Notes under the pieces: generated by a model
The model's input: only the letters and a program-made list of their open reading frames with translations
Database searches by the model: none
What the model was told of the DNA's origin: nothing
Part shown: positions 24,010 through 35,026 of the stretch, one piece after another
Position numbering within the stretch: the stretch's first letter is position 1
Layout: every line of letters starts with the position of its first letter
Program-made: the position numbers and the translations under genes
Source of the DNA: Octopus bimaculoides
Taxonomy: Eukaryota
DNA: 40,689 nt
NCBI RefSeq assembly: GCF_001194135.2
Contig: NC_068997.1
Coordinates: forward strand, 29,317,709-29,358,397
Direction: 5' to 3'

Positions 24010-25104
24010 TATTATTTTTTTCTTCATTTAGATTTTTGGTACTGTAGAACATGAAACTAATCATCATCAATTTCCACCAAGTTATTAGTTCTTGGTTTTT
24101 ATCTGCATTGTAGCCAATGGCATGTAAAATCTCCGTCTCAAGGCCCATATGCACATACTCAACGAGGTGTCGAGCAAGAGTAAAAAATAATAGTATCTGA
24201 TTAGGCCACATTGCAACTATTTTCAAGAAAACGAAATGGAAAAGGGATGGAACAAAAATAAGTCAAAGAAAAAATATTAAAAGATTTACTCAAGGGAAAG
24301 TTCCAAAGTAAAATTGAAAAAAAAATAAATAAATAAAAAAGTGAGATATTCAGAAACTTCTACAAATTCTAACACACCAGAATGGTTTGCCAATAACAAC
24401 ACATTTCTCTGAACTCTTGAATCACTTTCTTCTATTTGAAAAGGGGAATCCCCCCATAGTAGCATCATTACACAATGTATACAAAGTGATACAATACCTT
24501 TCCTCTTTGTTTTTATTCATCAACATCACCTTACATATTTTGTCTAACTCCTCAGCTGCAATTATTGTTTTTTTTTGTTCAAACTTTCATCTTGATTAAT
24601 TACAGATACCCTTTTAATTTTGTAACACAATATTTAAAAGTGAAAATTTCTGTTTCTATTAAAATGTTTCATATTTAATTTTTACAAAGCGTAAGATTTA
24701 TAGAAATGTGAAATTACAGCAATCGTATCTTTCTCAAGGACCATTAGTGATATAATAAAAAGAGTGGAAATAAAACAGGCTCTGATTGGGAATGAAAACG
24801 GAATTGCAGATTTGATTCACCAAGAGGTTAAACGTTAAAGAAGTGGCCAACAAAACCATGAGAATGAAATTTGCCAAATTTCTGAATAAATCACAGCACA
24901 GAACAAACTTTTTAAAATCTAAGGGAAAAATAAACCCAATTCAGTAGTCATGTTGAATAAAATGACTTACCATTGTCAATGGTAATTTTCATAAAAAGAA
25001 TAAAAATCAGATATTAATATATTTTCAGCTGAAAATTCAACAAAAATTAGATTTCTTTTCTTGATGGAACTTGCAATAATTTGAAATACCAAAATTAATG
25101 ACTA

Positions 25105-25310
25105 NNNNNNNNNNNNNNNNNNNNNNNNNNNNNNNNNNNNNNNNNNNNNNNNNNNNNNNNNNNNNNNNNNNNNNNNNNNNNNNNNNNNNNNNNNNNNNNN
25201 NNNNNNNNNNNNNNNNNNNNNNNNNNNNNNNNNNNNNNNNNNNNNNNNNNNNNNNNNNNNNNNNNNNNNNNNNNNNNNNNNNNNNNNNNNNNNNNNNNNN
25301 NNNNNNNNNN
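25105..25310. other. Assembly gap (N)
   Basis: Run of N. Confidence 1.
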
Positions 25311-25960
25311 ATGAAAAATCTTTATAAATTGATATTTCAGCAGTTATGTCTCTACAAATCCAAGTAAAGATATAAATCCCTTTTTTCTGCAATTCTCAAG
25401 CAAAGCAATTTTTAGGTAATCTAGTGTGTTTGTATACATGGGGGTCAGTGGGGTATTGCATCCTCCTAAGACTTGCTCTTTAGTTCTTCATCAGGAGAAT
25501 TCAAAGAAGAGTTTGATAGCCACAACGAGAGAAAAAAAAATGTTTGGCACTTTGGTTTGGCATCTGAGAATGAGGAAAATAGTAAAAGTGTTGTTGTGAT
25601 CACGTAAATTCTTAGTAAAGAATTTTAGCTTAGGCAATGTGAGAAATGAAGGTAATGGTAGAGAAAATTCCAAGACCAGACTGGAGCACCACCTAAATAC
25701 AAACTGAAGGTGATTTGCCTCCCTATGATAAAACTTGTGAGTGGCAAAAAGAGTTTAAGTGGGCCTTATTTATTTATGAAACTACACAAGACTTACACAA
25801 ATTACATATTCATGGGAATATATATTTGGACAGCTTCAAAAGTCAATCTTCGAAGAGTAAATCTTTGAGTCAACTTCATCTGCTAAATCCTTTACTCAGT
25901 TGCTGTCTGGTATTTTTAAATATAACTAAAAAAAAAAAAAATCAGTGTGTATGTGTTTGC

Positions 25961-26226
25961 TGTACTTGAGAAGACATGTCAAGCCAAGTAAAATCGCAGC
26001 CTTCCATCCATACAGGCTTGTCCTTTACAGGTGCTGGTGCCACATAAAGAGTACCTAGCACACTCCCTAAAGTGGTTGGCATTAGGAAGGGCATTCAGCT
26101 GAAGAAACTATGCCACAACAGACAATTTGAGTCTGGACAGTTCTCTGGCTGGCCAGCTCCTGCCAAACCATCCAACTCATGCCAGCATGGAAAACGGATG
26201 TTAAACAATGATGATGATGATGATGA
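25961..26226 (+). mobile_element. RTE-LINE 3' UTR and tail fragment
   Basis: Begins with tacttgagaagac as at ~15005, ends ccagcatggaaaacggatgttaaacaat(gat)n. Confidence 0.8.
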
Positions 26227-26239
26227 TATATATATATAA

Positions 26240-26346
26240 TCATCATTTAATGTCCATTTTCCATGTTGGCATGGGTTGGACAATCTGACAGGAACTGGCA
26301 AGCTGGAGAGCTGCAACCAGCTCCAATTGTCCATTTTGGCATGGTT
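26240..26346 (-). mobile_element. RTE-LINE 3' tail, inverted relative to the preceding copy and cut by the gap
   Basis: Reverse complement of ccaacccatgccaacatggaaaatggacattaaatgatg. Confidence 0.8.
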
Positions 26347-26874
26347 NNNNNNNNNNNNNNNNNNNNNNNNNNNNNNNNNNNNNNNNNNNNNNNNNNNNNN
26401 NNNNNNNNNNNNNNNNNNNNNNNNNNNNNNNNNNNNNNNNNNNNNNNNNNNNNNNNNNNNNNNNNNNNNNNNNNNNNNNNNNNNNNNNNNNNNNNNNNNN
26501 NNNNNNNNNNNNNNNNNNNNNNNNNNNNNNNNNNNNNNNNNNNNNNNNNNNNNNNNNNNNNNNNNNNNNNNNNNNNNNNNNNNNNNNNNNNNNNNNNNNN
26601 NNNNNNNNNNNNNNNNNNNNNNNNNNNNNNNNNNNNNNNNNNNNNNNNNNNNNNNNNNNNNNNNNNNNNNNNNNNNNNNNNNNNNNNNNNNNNNNNNNNN
26701 NNNNNNNNNNNNNNNNNNNNNNNNNNNNNNNNNNNNNNNNNNNNNNNNNNNNNNNNNNNNNNNNNNNNNNNNNNNNNNNNNNNNNNNNNNNNNNNNNNNN
26801 NNNNNNNNNNNNNNNNNNNNNNNNNNNNNNNNNNNNNNNNNNNNNNNNNNNNNNNNNNNNNNNNNNNNNNNNNN
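26347..26874. other. Assembly gap (N), probably hiding the 3' part of an E-Syt exon
   Basis: Run of N. Confidence 1.
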
Positions 26875-26967
26875 CATAAATACATCAGAATTATGTTGAT
26901 TTTCTGAAATCCTCTCACTCCAATTATAGAAAAGAAGAAAAACAAAAAAAACTACCATCAGAATGCT
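26875..26967 (-). CDS. ESYT2: Probable partial E-Syt exon (C2A-C2B linker and start of C2B), truncated by the N gap; ...SERISENQHNSDVFM[gap]
   Basis: The exon for C2B strand 1 (expected ...LL.V.LDSA..LP) was not found elsewhere. An open phase-0 frame runs into the gap. The 5' boundary is uncertain (26967 or 26913). Confidence 0.45.
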
Positions 26968-27724
26968 CTGACAGAGAAAACATTGTTATGAATCAACACA
27001 CTTCTTGAAAGAGAGGCATCGAGTCTGGAGGACGGAGACATGAAATTATGTCAGCTCTCTTCAGAGGTAATAAATACTACAATCTATAGAATATCACTAA
27101 TATGAATTGTAACACCTCGTCAAGAGAAAGATAATTTAGAATCTGCAGTTGCAGAAAAATAAAGATGAAATAAGATGTCTTTTAGATGTGACATTTAAAG
27201 ATAAGGAAGAAAAAAAAAAAAAAAGCAGGATCAGACAAATAATGGAATAAAAAATGGTCAAATCTATAAGAAATAAAAGAAAAAACAAAGCATTTCAATT
27301 TAAGGAAAAGTTTAATGATTGCAAATATACAGAGTGAAAAACAAAAAAGTTACAGATGCAGTCTCTACAGTTTTAAGAAATAACTCCCAACTATAGATAC
27401 ATGCAGAAATAAATTGTATATCAGTTTACATATTTAATTAGGTAAAATAAAATTACTGTTTAAGATTTAAAGCTGTTAATATCTGGCAAAGACATTCTGA
27501 AAATATGACAATGACTGAAAATTAGCCTACCCCTCCACTCCCAATCTTACCATTTAAAGAAAGATATTTGCTGAAATAAATACCTTATAAATAAGATCTC
27601 ATGCTACAGCATCTCAAGACAGTAAGAATGTGTAATTATATAAGTTATATATGTACAAGAGTAATTATAAAAATAAGAACATTTCTAAATGCAAATTATA
27701 CAAAGTTGAAGCTGGGGGACTTAC

Positions 27725-27814
27725 CCTGTCAATCTCTGTAGGATTATTGCAAAGGTTCAACCATACTAATTTCACATGGACCATTCCACTCTCAATATCT
27801 CGGAGAGGGAGCCA
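27725..27814 (-). CDS. ESYT2: E-Syt exon, end of C2A (WLPLRDIESGMVHVKLVWLNLCNNPTEIDR)
   Basis: Acceptor ttttcttctag, donor AGG|gtaagt; 90 nt; W..L....SG..H.KL.WL motif. Confidence 0.95.
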
Positions 27815-28529
27815 CTAGAAGAAAAACAAAGATAACAAACATATAAACAATACAATTTAATAATTTCAGTTTTACCTTAATATTTTTTTAACTTGAGGGC
27901 CATCAAAAAAATACAGAAAAGCAGCAGATTAGGTTTTGGAGCCAGGAATTTCATTTCATGTTGCACCCACTCAGCTGAAAAGGAGTACCAGTAGCAGTTG
28001 GCAGGATGGGGGTGGTGAACTCTGCAATAGACTGGCATTCAGTTTAGGGGGCAGTTTTGTACTCTCAGTCACTGAAACACCACAGAAATCAAGATATGCT
28101 CCTGCACATTCAGCTAACTAGATGACCCACCAGATTTTGCTAGCAAAGAAGTTTAATTAGTGCCTGATCGTCATTGATGGCTTGAGTAAAAAATAATAAT
28201 AATAATAATAAAAAAGGTAGGAAAAGTTCAGAGAACAAATGCCTCTGCATATAAAATGTAAATTATATAAAGTCTGCCCAAAGATACCCAGGCAGGCAAG
28301 TGAGAGGGATAGTATCAGATTGAAAGAGTTATAGATAATAATTAGAAAGAGAACAAGAGGAGATGCAGTTAGGGTTTCCCCAATGACTTCTTCCTAATGA
28401 ATCAACTATAAAAGAAGCCCTTAATTGATAAGGCAATTCTGCATTCATATGAAAGATTGTAAATATTCTTTCCAAGAATAACTGAAAAATTAATATACAA
28501 ATTTGTTATGCTAATATTATGATTATCAG

Positions 28530-28973
28530 CACCGAAGCACCATTCGAGTGTGGTCGATGCCAATGCTGCCTCACTGGTCCCGTACCGGTGGCATGTAAAA
28601 AGCACTATTCGAGTGTGGTTGTTACCAGTGCCACCTGACTGGCTCTTGTGCCGGTGGCATGTAAAAAGCACCATTCGAACGTGGTCATTGCCAGTGACAC
28701 CTGACTAGCTCCTGTGCCAGTGGCACGTAAAAAGCATCATTCAAGCGTGGTTGATGCCAGTACTGCCTCACTGGCCCTTGTGCCAGTGGCACGTAAAAAG
28801 CACCCACAACACTTTCAGAGTGGTTGGCATTAGGCAGGGTATCCAGCTGTAGAAACATTGCCAGATCAGATTGGAGCCTGGTGCAGCCTTCTGGCTCGCC
28901 AGTCCTCAGTCAAACCGTCCAACCCATGCCAGCATGGAAAGCGGACGTTAAACAATGATGATGATGATGATGA
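28530..28973 (+). mobile_element. RTE-LINE 3' UTR fragment with 4 tandem ~66-bp units and a (GAT)n tail
   Basis: aagca anchors at 28535, 28600, 28666, 28732 and 28798; the same unit occurs in the LINE 3' UTR at ~15045-15205. Confidence 0.88.
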
Positions 28974-29089
28974 ATTTTACAATTCTAAAAAGTACTGATT
29001 TCAAAATTTAATAAAAATATATTTCTTTCTGGAAAAAAATTTAAAATATCCAAAACAATTACAATAAAATAAAAATTAAATTTACTTAC

Positions 29090-29138
29090 AGCATCCATTA
29101 CACCTTTCTTGGAAACTGGTTCTATATCCAGACTGACA
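29090..29138 (-). CDS. ESYT2: E-Syt exon, C2A (VSLDIEPVSKKGVMDA)
   Basis: Acceptor ctcctctttag, donor GCT|gtaagt; 49 nt, phase 2 to 0. Confidence 0.9.
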
Positions 29139-29664
29139 CTAAAGAGGAGAAAGGTTTAAAGATTGTTTAATGACGAGAATAAAAGATACATGAACACATT
29201 TGTTAAACATTGCTGTAACATACTATCTCTTCACAGAAACAATACATTAAACAACACACTACAATCTGTGATGAATTCTTTTGGTAGACCCACACATGTA
29301 ATACTGCCAAAGCCTAGGATTCCTCTGTAGAGCTACTAAATACTTCAGAACCTGATCAACTGCAGACCCTGCTACAAAGCTCTCAAGTAAGATTAATGTT
29401 AAAGTAATATTGGTATGGAGTTCTGACATTTAAACATAAACATCTTAGAGCACATCCAAATGAAAGCTATTGAGCTGATTGGCAAGTTGCCTCACCAACA
29501 AGCTTCAACTTTCCACTCACAAATTTCTTGTTTTCTCTCTACTTATTCTACCATAGCCTGTGCTCCTCTGCACAAATTTATCTGAATATCACCTGCATTT
29601 GACAAACCTACTTCTTTTCCTCCACTCATCTACTATAACTCACATCTTAGAATTTACCCTCACA

Positions 29665-29773
29665 CAAAACACTAGCTTAATGATAACTAAGTTATTTACT
29701 AAATTCTTTGTTATATTTAAAATTAATTGAAAGCAACACAGAGCATCTCAACAGAAAGATGGTAACAAAAGGG
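29665..29773 (+). mobile_element. Partial (3' half) piggyBac-like MITE
   Basis: Near-identical to 29920-30025; ends AAAGGG|TTAA. Confidence 0.75.
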
Positions 29774-29804
29774 TTAAAATATATAATAGAGAAACAATTC
29801 TTAA

Positions 29805-30025
29805 CTCTTTTGATACCAAACTGCCTGAAATCACCTCTGGCTCTGTAGTACAAATGTCTTGTTTTCATAAGATTTGAATTAAAATCTTCCACCAAATTGA
29901 GTCACATTTTATGTTCCTAAAACTAGCTTAATGATAACTAAGTTATTTTACTAAATTCTTTGTTATATTTAGAATTAATTGAAAGAAACACAGAGCATCT
30001 CAACAGAAATATGGTAAGAAAAGGG
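29805..30025 (+). mobile_element. piggyBac-like MITE, 221 bp
   Basis: TTAA|CTCTTTTG...AAAAGGG|TTAA, i.e. TTAA target duplication and CCC/GGG-type termini. Confidence 0.8.
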
Positions 30026-30061
30026 TTAAGAGTAAATAAAATTATTTAGATTTTGTGCCTG

Positions 30062-30230
30062 AAGGTCTACTGACCAAATATGATCTCAAATAACCAACCA
30101 CACACCAAGACTAAAGTGAAACAAATAAGAGAAACTATTGAAGCAAGGAGATGGAAATGGCTGGGTTGAGTTTGTCACTATAAACCAAACTCAGTTGTCA
30201 GGATCGATTTGCAATGGAAGACTTGGCTGA
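30062..30230 (+). mobile_element. Ancient RTE-like LINE ORF fragment
   Basis: KVY*PNMISN...IRETIEARRWKWLG*V...RIDLQW resembles the RTE C-terminal WPN.ISNE.L...RRWRW.GH motif. Confidence 0.6.
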
Positions 30231-30744
30231 CCAACAAAACAAACACCCTATCTATTCAATTATGCATTGTGTACAGCCTTCATGTACTACAGTCCTTTTC
30301 CTCTAAATCACCCCCCTCCCCGCACTTCATATAACGGTTAGGAACAAGCAGCTGAACAGTCCTGGTTCTGTTCAACAGAAAGTGGACAACCAACAAGGTG
30401 ACTCAATGGTGACTCAACTTATACAATGTTACTTAATTGTACATGCTGTAGTAATAATAATAATTGGATTTAGTTGTACTTCTGACCACATTCCATCAGT
30501 CATATCTTGTTCTCTTTTCATTACATTCGTATATTCTGGCCCAGATTAATAGGACAGACGAGAGAGGAGGGAGAGGGGGAGAGAGAGGGAGGAGAGAGAG
30601 AGAGCATGCTTGTGATGGCTGGTGTGCAACATCCTTACTGTTAAACTTATCATACACAAAGGGTTTCAACTAACAAGTTGGACAAATTCCCTGACCATCA
30701 CCATTCTCCCACTACTACTACACACAAACAATGAGAGAACCTCT

Positions 30745-30930
30745 ACATAGCCACTTGATTTACTAGAAATAGCAGCCAAATTTTCTCAAGACTATTTTCT
30801 TCACAGAAAGAATACACCAGCCAATGTAGTACTAAGTATACAAAAAGATAATCTGGTTCACAGCTGAAACACCTTTGATCATGGCAATTTGATTGAAGCT
30901 GATCTGGGGTTAACCAACAACAGCAACAAC
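30745..30930 (+). mobile_element. Degraded family F repeat with a (CAA)n tail
   Basis: ctagaaatagcagccaaat...tgatctggggttaaccaacaac. Confidence 0.6.
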
Positions 30931-32122
30931 AAAATCTTAAATACAAAAACACTTTGTAAAATTGTAGAGATGGGGAAGCACAAAGAGATTGTGGGGGTGT
31001 CATCTAAATTCAATAGACAAGCCCTGTCCTCAAACAAACTGAATAGCAGAGGGCAGAACGAAAACTGACAGGTGGTGTTTCATAATAACAGCAGCAGCTC
31101 ACAGGTGACCTAAATTACTGGATTGTTTTCATTGGTGAAAAAACAAAAAGAAAAGTAGTATCTCTAAGCCTAAAACACTAAGGAAGGGCTTTAAAACTCA
31201 CAGTTATGTTTTCAGCATGACATATTCGAGAAAAATGGTTGCTACACATTTACACACCCCAACACACACACACATTTTACTCATTTATTTCACTTTTTTT
31301 TGTTAACAATAAAATTGTTGGTTACAGGTTTCCAACAGATTAATCACTTGTTCTTTCTCTCCTTCCTCCTGTATCATTTCTTCAAGTCGCCCCCCCCCTC
31401 TCACTCTCTCTCATTCCCTCTTCACTGTCTTTCTCTTCTTTTCCTTCTTCTTTTGCTCAGTTTTACCACTGTTCTTTGATCTCATCTCTCTCTCCTTCTC
31501 TCTATTCAGTCTCCTCTCCACTCTTCTCTCGTACCCTAAAAACACACACACAATCACAACAGCAGCAACATCAATAACTTCATCAGCTCCTTCCTGCAAC
31601 ACTGTGTTGTGAAGTACAATGACAAAAGCAGAAGAGACAAGCAACAGCTGCATCATTCTGATTAAGCCTGCTTCCTTCACCTGTGGCTGCCATCAGAACC
31701 TGCAGGGATATAGAGGATCAGATTACATCAGCAAAAAAAAAATTAGCAACATGCCCAGAATTCCAGACTGTGCTGCATTCAATAAATGCCTTTATGGTGA
31801 AGTGGACAGTCCAGTCCTCCATTTGGCTGAGGAATAGTATTTCTGGAACAATGGATCGATGGATAGCTCTGACTCATTCAGCCAATTATTTGCATACCAT
31901 TAGTTTGACTTCATCAGAGCTAATTTGGGGAAAAACAGTAACAATGGAAAAACCTGGCAAATTATTTCCAGTTCTGGATATTAGAAATGATAATTAAATG
32001 TCAAATTTTAATATCTTAACTAATTAATGGGAACATAAATTAAAGAAAGTATCTCATGTAGAGATGTAAAATATGCAATGGCTGACAGCTTCAAATGTTA
32101 AAAAACAAACAGCCACACTTAC

Positions 32123-32208
32123 TTTCCAAGTTCATCATCTTTGTTACCAGGATCTTCATCAAATACATTAATGTCCATGTATTGCCCACTTTTTTCATCA
32201 ATGACAGC
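32123..32208 (-). CDS. ESYT2: E-Syt exon, C2A Ca2+ loop 3 (AVIDEKSGQYMDINVFDEDPGNKDDELG-N)
   Basis: Acceptor atgtttttag, donor AA|gtaagt; 86 nt; FDED..KDD.LG motif. Confidence 0.95.
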
Positions 32209-33539
32209 CTAAAAACATGAAATTTATTTTTCAGTCAAAAGAATCAGGGTTTCTCACCTTCGCACAAGGTTTCCACTTTATAACGGGAGAGGTGAGCATA
32301 TTTTATTGAAATGATTCCTCACCTGATTAGAGCAAGATAAAAGTAAAAAGCATTTTCACAGTTGTTCTGCGATTCCAACCAATCCAAACAATTGGCAATT
32401 CAATGAACCAACAAGGGACCTCCTATATAGGCACTCAGCCTGCCAGAAACATTAGCTAAATCTCCCTTCAATCATGCCCTACCATCTTAAAACTGCATTG
32501 AAAGAAAGCACTGAGCAGGGCAGCCTAAGCTGGAGCACGTTTTGTCACACGTACACTCGGTCAAGAGTCACTTTGGACGAAACAGCAAGAACTGAGGTTT
32601 GTCATGATTTAACACCAAGTCAACCCTCATTGAGTAAGCTTTATAATCAAAAGGAATTACAATGGTAACCCATCATTTCTTCAGATCTAAAACCACATCA
32701 TCCAATGAGTCCTTCAGTGGCCTCTGCTCCTCAGAGCCGGCTGGTCACATGTCTCCTCTACTAGGACATACCCAACTCACTCTATTTCCCCTCCTCTTGC
32801 ATGTGTCCTCTGGTTGCACTAATCATTTCTGGTCTTCCCTTCCCAGAAAGTAGGCCTACAGAATTCCTTTTCTGCACATGATTTGTCTGTAGCCATCAAC
32901 TTGCAAACTATTAAGGTGAATGTTAGTGGTACCCAACCTCACTGGTCTTGAAGGGCCAGCAAAAGTTATGGGATTAGCTCCTTCCTCCTCTTCCAGACAA
33001 AACAAAAAATAAAAGGGTGTGAGGTGAAGCTTGAGCAGGATTTAGCTGATATTTCTATCAGGTTGAGCAACTGCATAAAAACTGGCTTGTTGGCTTGTAA
33101 AACATGAGGTGTATATAAATGCGTATATACAACATACAATGCAACAGATTATGAGGGAAATACTTGAAAATTTTATCTCTGTGCAATGTATCTAAGACTG
33201 GCAGAACTCAAAACTGTCAAAGGAATCAATCATAGGCTGATTTGAACCTGTTAACTCACTCACCACCACTGCTTACAGTGGTACTGTGTACAAATAATGC
33301 CATTTTATAAGAAGGTAGAGTTATCCATGGATCCATGGATTCTGCATTTCACTGATGAAAGAATTTGAACTCTGGACATTTAGATCTGTAAATTAATAAC
33401 CAGCACTCAAAGAATATCAGACTGTTAATCAAAGAAGAGATCGATTCTGAGATCAGATAAATGCAAGATCTGTGATCAAACAGAAGGCAACAGGTTTACC
33501 CATAAAAGAAAGAAACTAAGACTTCCTTGCTTTCCTGTA

Positions 33540-33540
33540 T

Positions 33541-33572
<32 letters not shown>

Positions 33573-33602
33573 TAGACAGATAGACAGACAGACAGGCAGA
33601 CA
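33540..33602. repeat. (GA)n/(GACA)n microsatellite
   Basis: Direct reading. Confidence 0.95.
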
Positions 33603-33614
33603 AAGAAAAATTAC

Positions 33615-33685
33615 CTCAAATGATTCGTCCCAAACTGGAGTAAGAGTGTTGTTCTTGGTCTTGGTTTTGAATTTTTGAGATCCAA
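33615..33685 (-). CDS. ESYT2: E-Syt exon, C2A (GSQKFKTKTKNNTLTPVWDESFE)
   Basis: Acceptor tcttttccag, donor GAG|gtaatt; 71 nt, phase 1 to 0. Confidence 0.95.
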
Positions 33686-34251
33686 CTGGAAAAGAAAAAT
33701 ATACATATATAAATAAAGTAGTTCTTTTTTTTAAGAGATGAGGAATTATTTACATCTGATGGATATTTGGCTCATTTTCGATAACAATACGGTAAAATCT
33801 CAGAAGATGCTTACAAAAGAGGTAAACAACTTGACATCAATAATGTTTAACTTTATAACTTTTGAAATTGTTTTTCATGCTTCAAAAGTCACGAACGGTA
33901 AATGTCAGTTGATTTGATTAAAATGTTTGGCTATTAAGATAGCAAATTATGACTTATTCTTGAAAAAAAATAATGAAAACAAAATATATATTTTGAAGAA
34001 CCAATGAGATGCTGAAGGATTATCCTCTTGACTAAATAATTTTATGGAATGCAACATACAAGCTAGAATAATACTTCCACTGTAGAGCAAGCCAAGCTCA
34101 AGTGTCCAAAGAGCCAAGATTCTACTCAAAGCAAAATAAGAAAGAAAAACATATATTAAGAGTCTGACATCTTAAAATTCTAAAATCAAACTGAAATAGC
34201 ATCCTTAATCAGAGAGATTTTCAAGTAAACATTAGATGTAGATGTACTCAC

Positions 34252-34351
34252 TCCTTAGAACAGAGTAAGGATCTGAAGACCCTTTCTTCAACACACCAAA
34301 GTCAGCTCTCTTCAGATCTGCAGCTCCAAGCATATGGATTCTCAAAACACC
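34252..34351 (-). CDS. ESYT2: E-Syt exon, start of C2A (GVLRIHMLGAADLKRADFGVLKKGSSDPYSVLR-I)
   Basis: Acceptor tactcaatag, donor A|gtgagt; 100 nt; GVLRIH...A.DL...D...SDPY C2A signature. Confidence 0.95.
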
Positions 34352-34904
34352 CTATTGAGTAAAATTATTAATAACTTAAAATAAAAATTTAAAATGCATT
34401 CACATTGATTAAAGAGAATCTTTGAAAATTCTTTCACACTTTCCCTAAACAACAAATATTAACAATAACTTAAGAAAAAAAAATCTATGAATACTTCAAA
34501 GACCTCTGTTGCTACAACATATTTGTTCAATAAAATGGTTAAACAAATTCTTAGCTTAATATGGAATTTACTTTTGATCAGTTCCAAGCTTACTCCACTC
34601 CACTAGTTTCTCCTCTTTTCATAACCCACAGGGTGCCTACCCCACCCGTCTCTCCAGGTCCTGCACTAACCACAACACCTACTCCTTTCTCCCCAGCACA
34701 TCATCCCCTTGGAATCTCCTCCATGCTCATGTCTTTCCGACAAGTGTTCACTTGCAACAGTTTACATAGAACATTAACACAACTACTGTTACCATCAAAT
34801 AAATTGTTAATAGCACTTCTACCCTAATTTGCATAACTATGAAGTCTAAAATACAATAGTATATATTCTGTGAAATATGAAATACAGTAGTATACACAAG
34901 TATA

Positions 34905-35026
34905 AAATATATTGACCCCAGTGCTCCACTGGTATTTATTTGATCGACCTCAAAGGGACAAAAGGCAAGCTCTGAAGAAATGCTGCTAAGCATTCTGTTT
35001 AGTGTGGCAATGGTCTGGCCAGCTTG
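34905..35026 (-). mobile_element. Degraded, internally deleted SINE family A
   Basis: Reverse complement of gaatgcttagc...gccttttgtccctttgaggtcgatcaaataaataccag. Confidence 0.55.

Noticed and set aside
22613-26958. Long ORFs containing X runs
   Set aside because: They are open only because they span N gaps.
26956-26967. 12-nt microexon AGCATTCTGATG
   Set aside because: Weak donor (gtagtt), and the following intron would be only ~42 nt; treated instead as an alternative acceptor.
27936-28121. GC-richer ORF and a possible minus-strand cassette exon
   Set aside because: It would interrupt the last strands of C2A; no homology and a poor donor.
28535-28797. CRISPR-like appearance of the 66-bp array
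   Set aside because: Whole units repeat with no unique spacers, it is part of a LINE 3' UTR, and the context is eukaryotic.
31680-32800. Very weak RTE-like peptide echoes (31680-31900 +, 32660-32780 -; also 37270-37400 +)
   Set aside because: Similarity is too faint to support without an alignment.
33323-33340. Perfect 18-bp palindrome ATCCATGGATCCATGGAT
   Set aside because: Trivial result of an 8-bp tandem duplication of a palindromic core.
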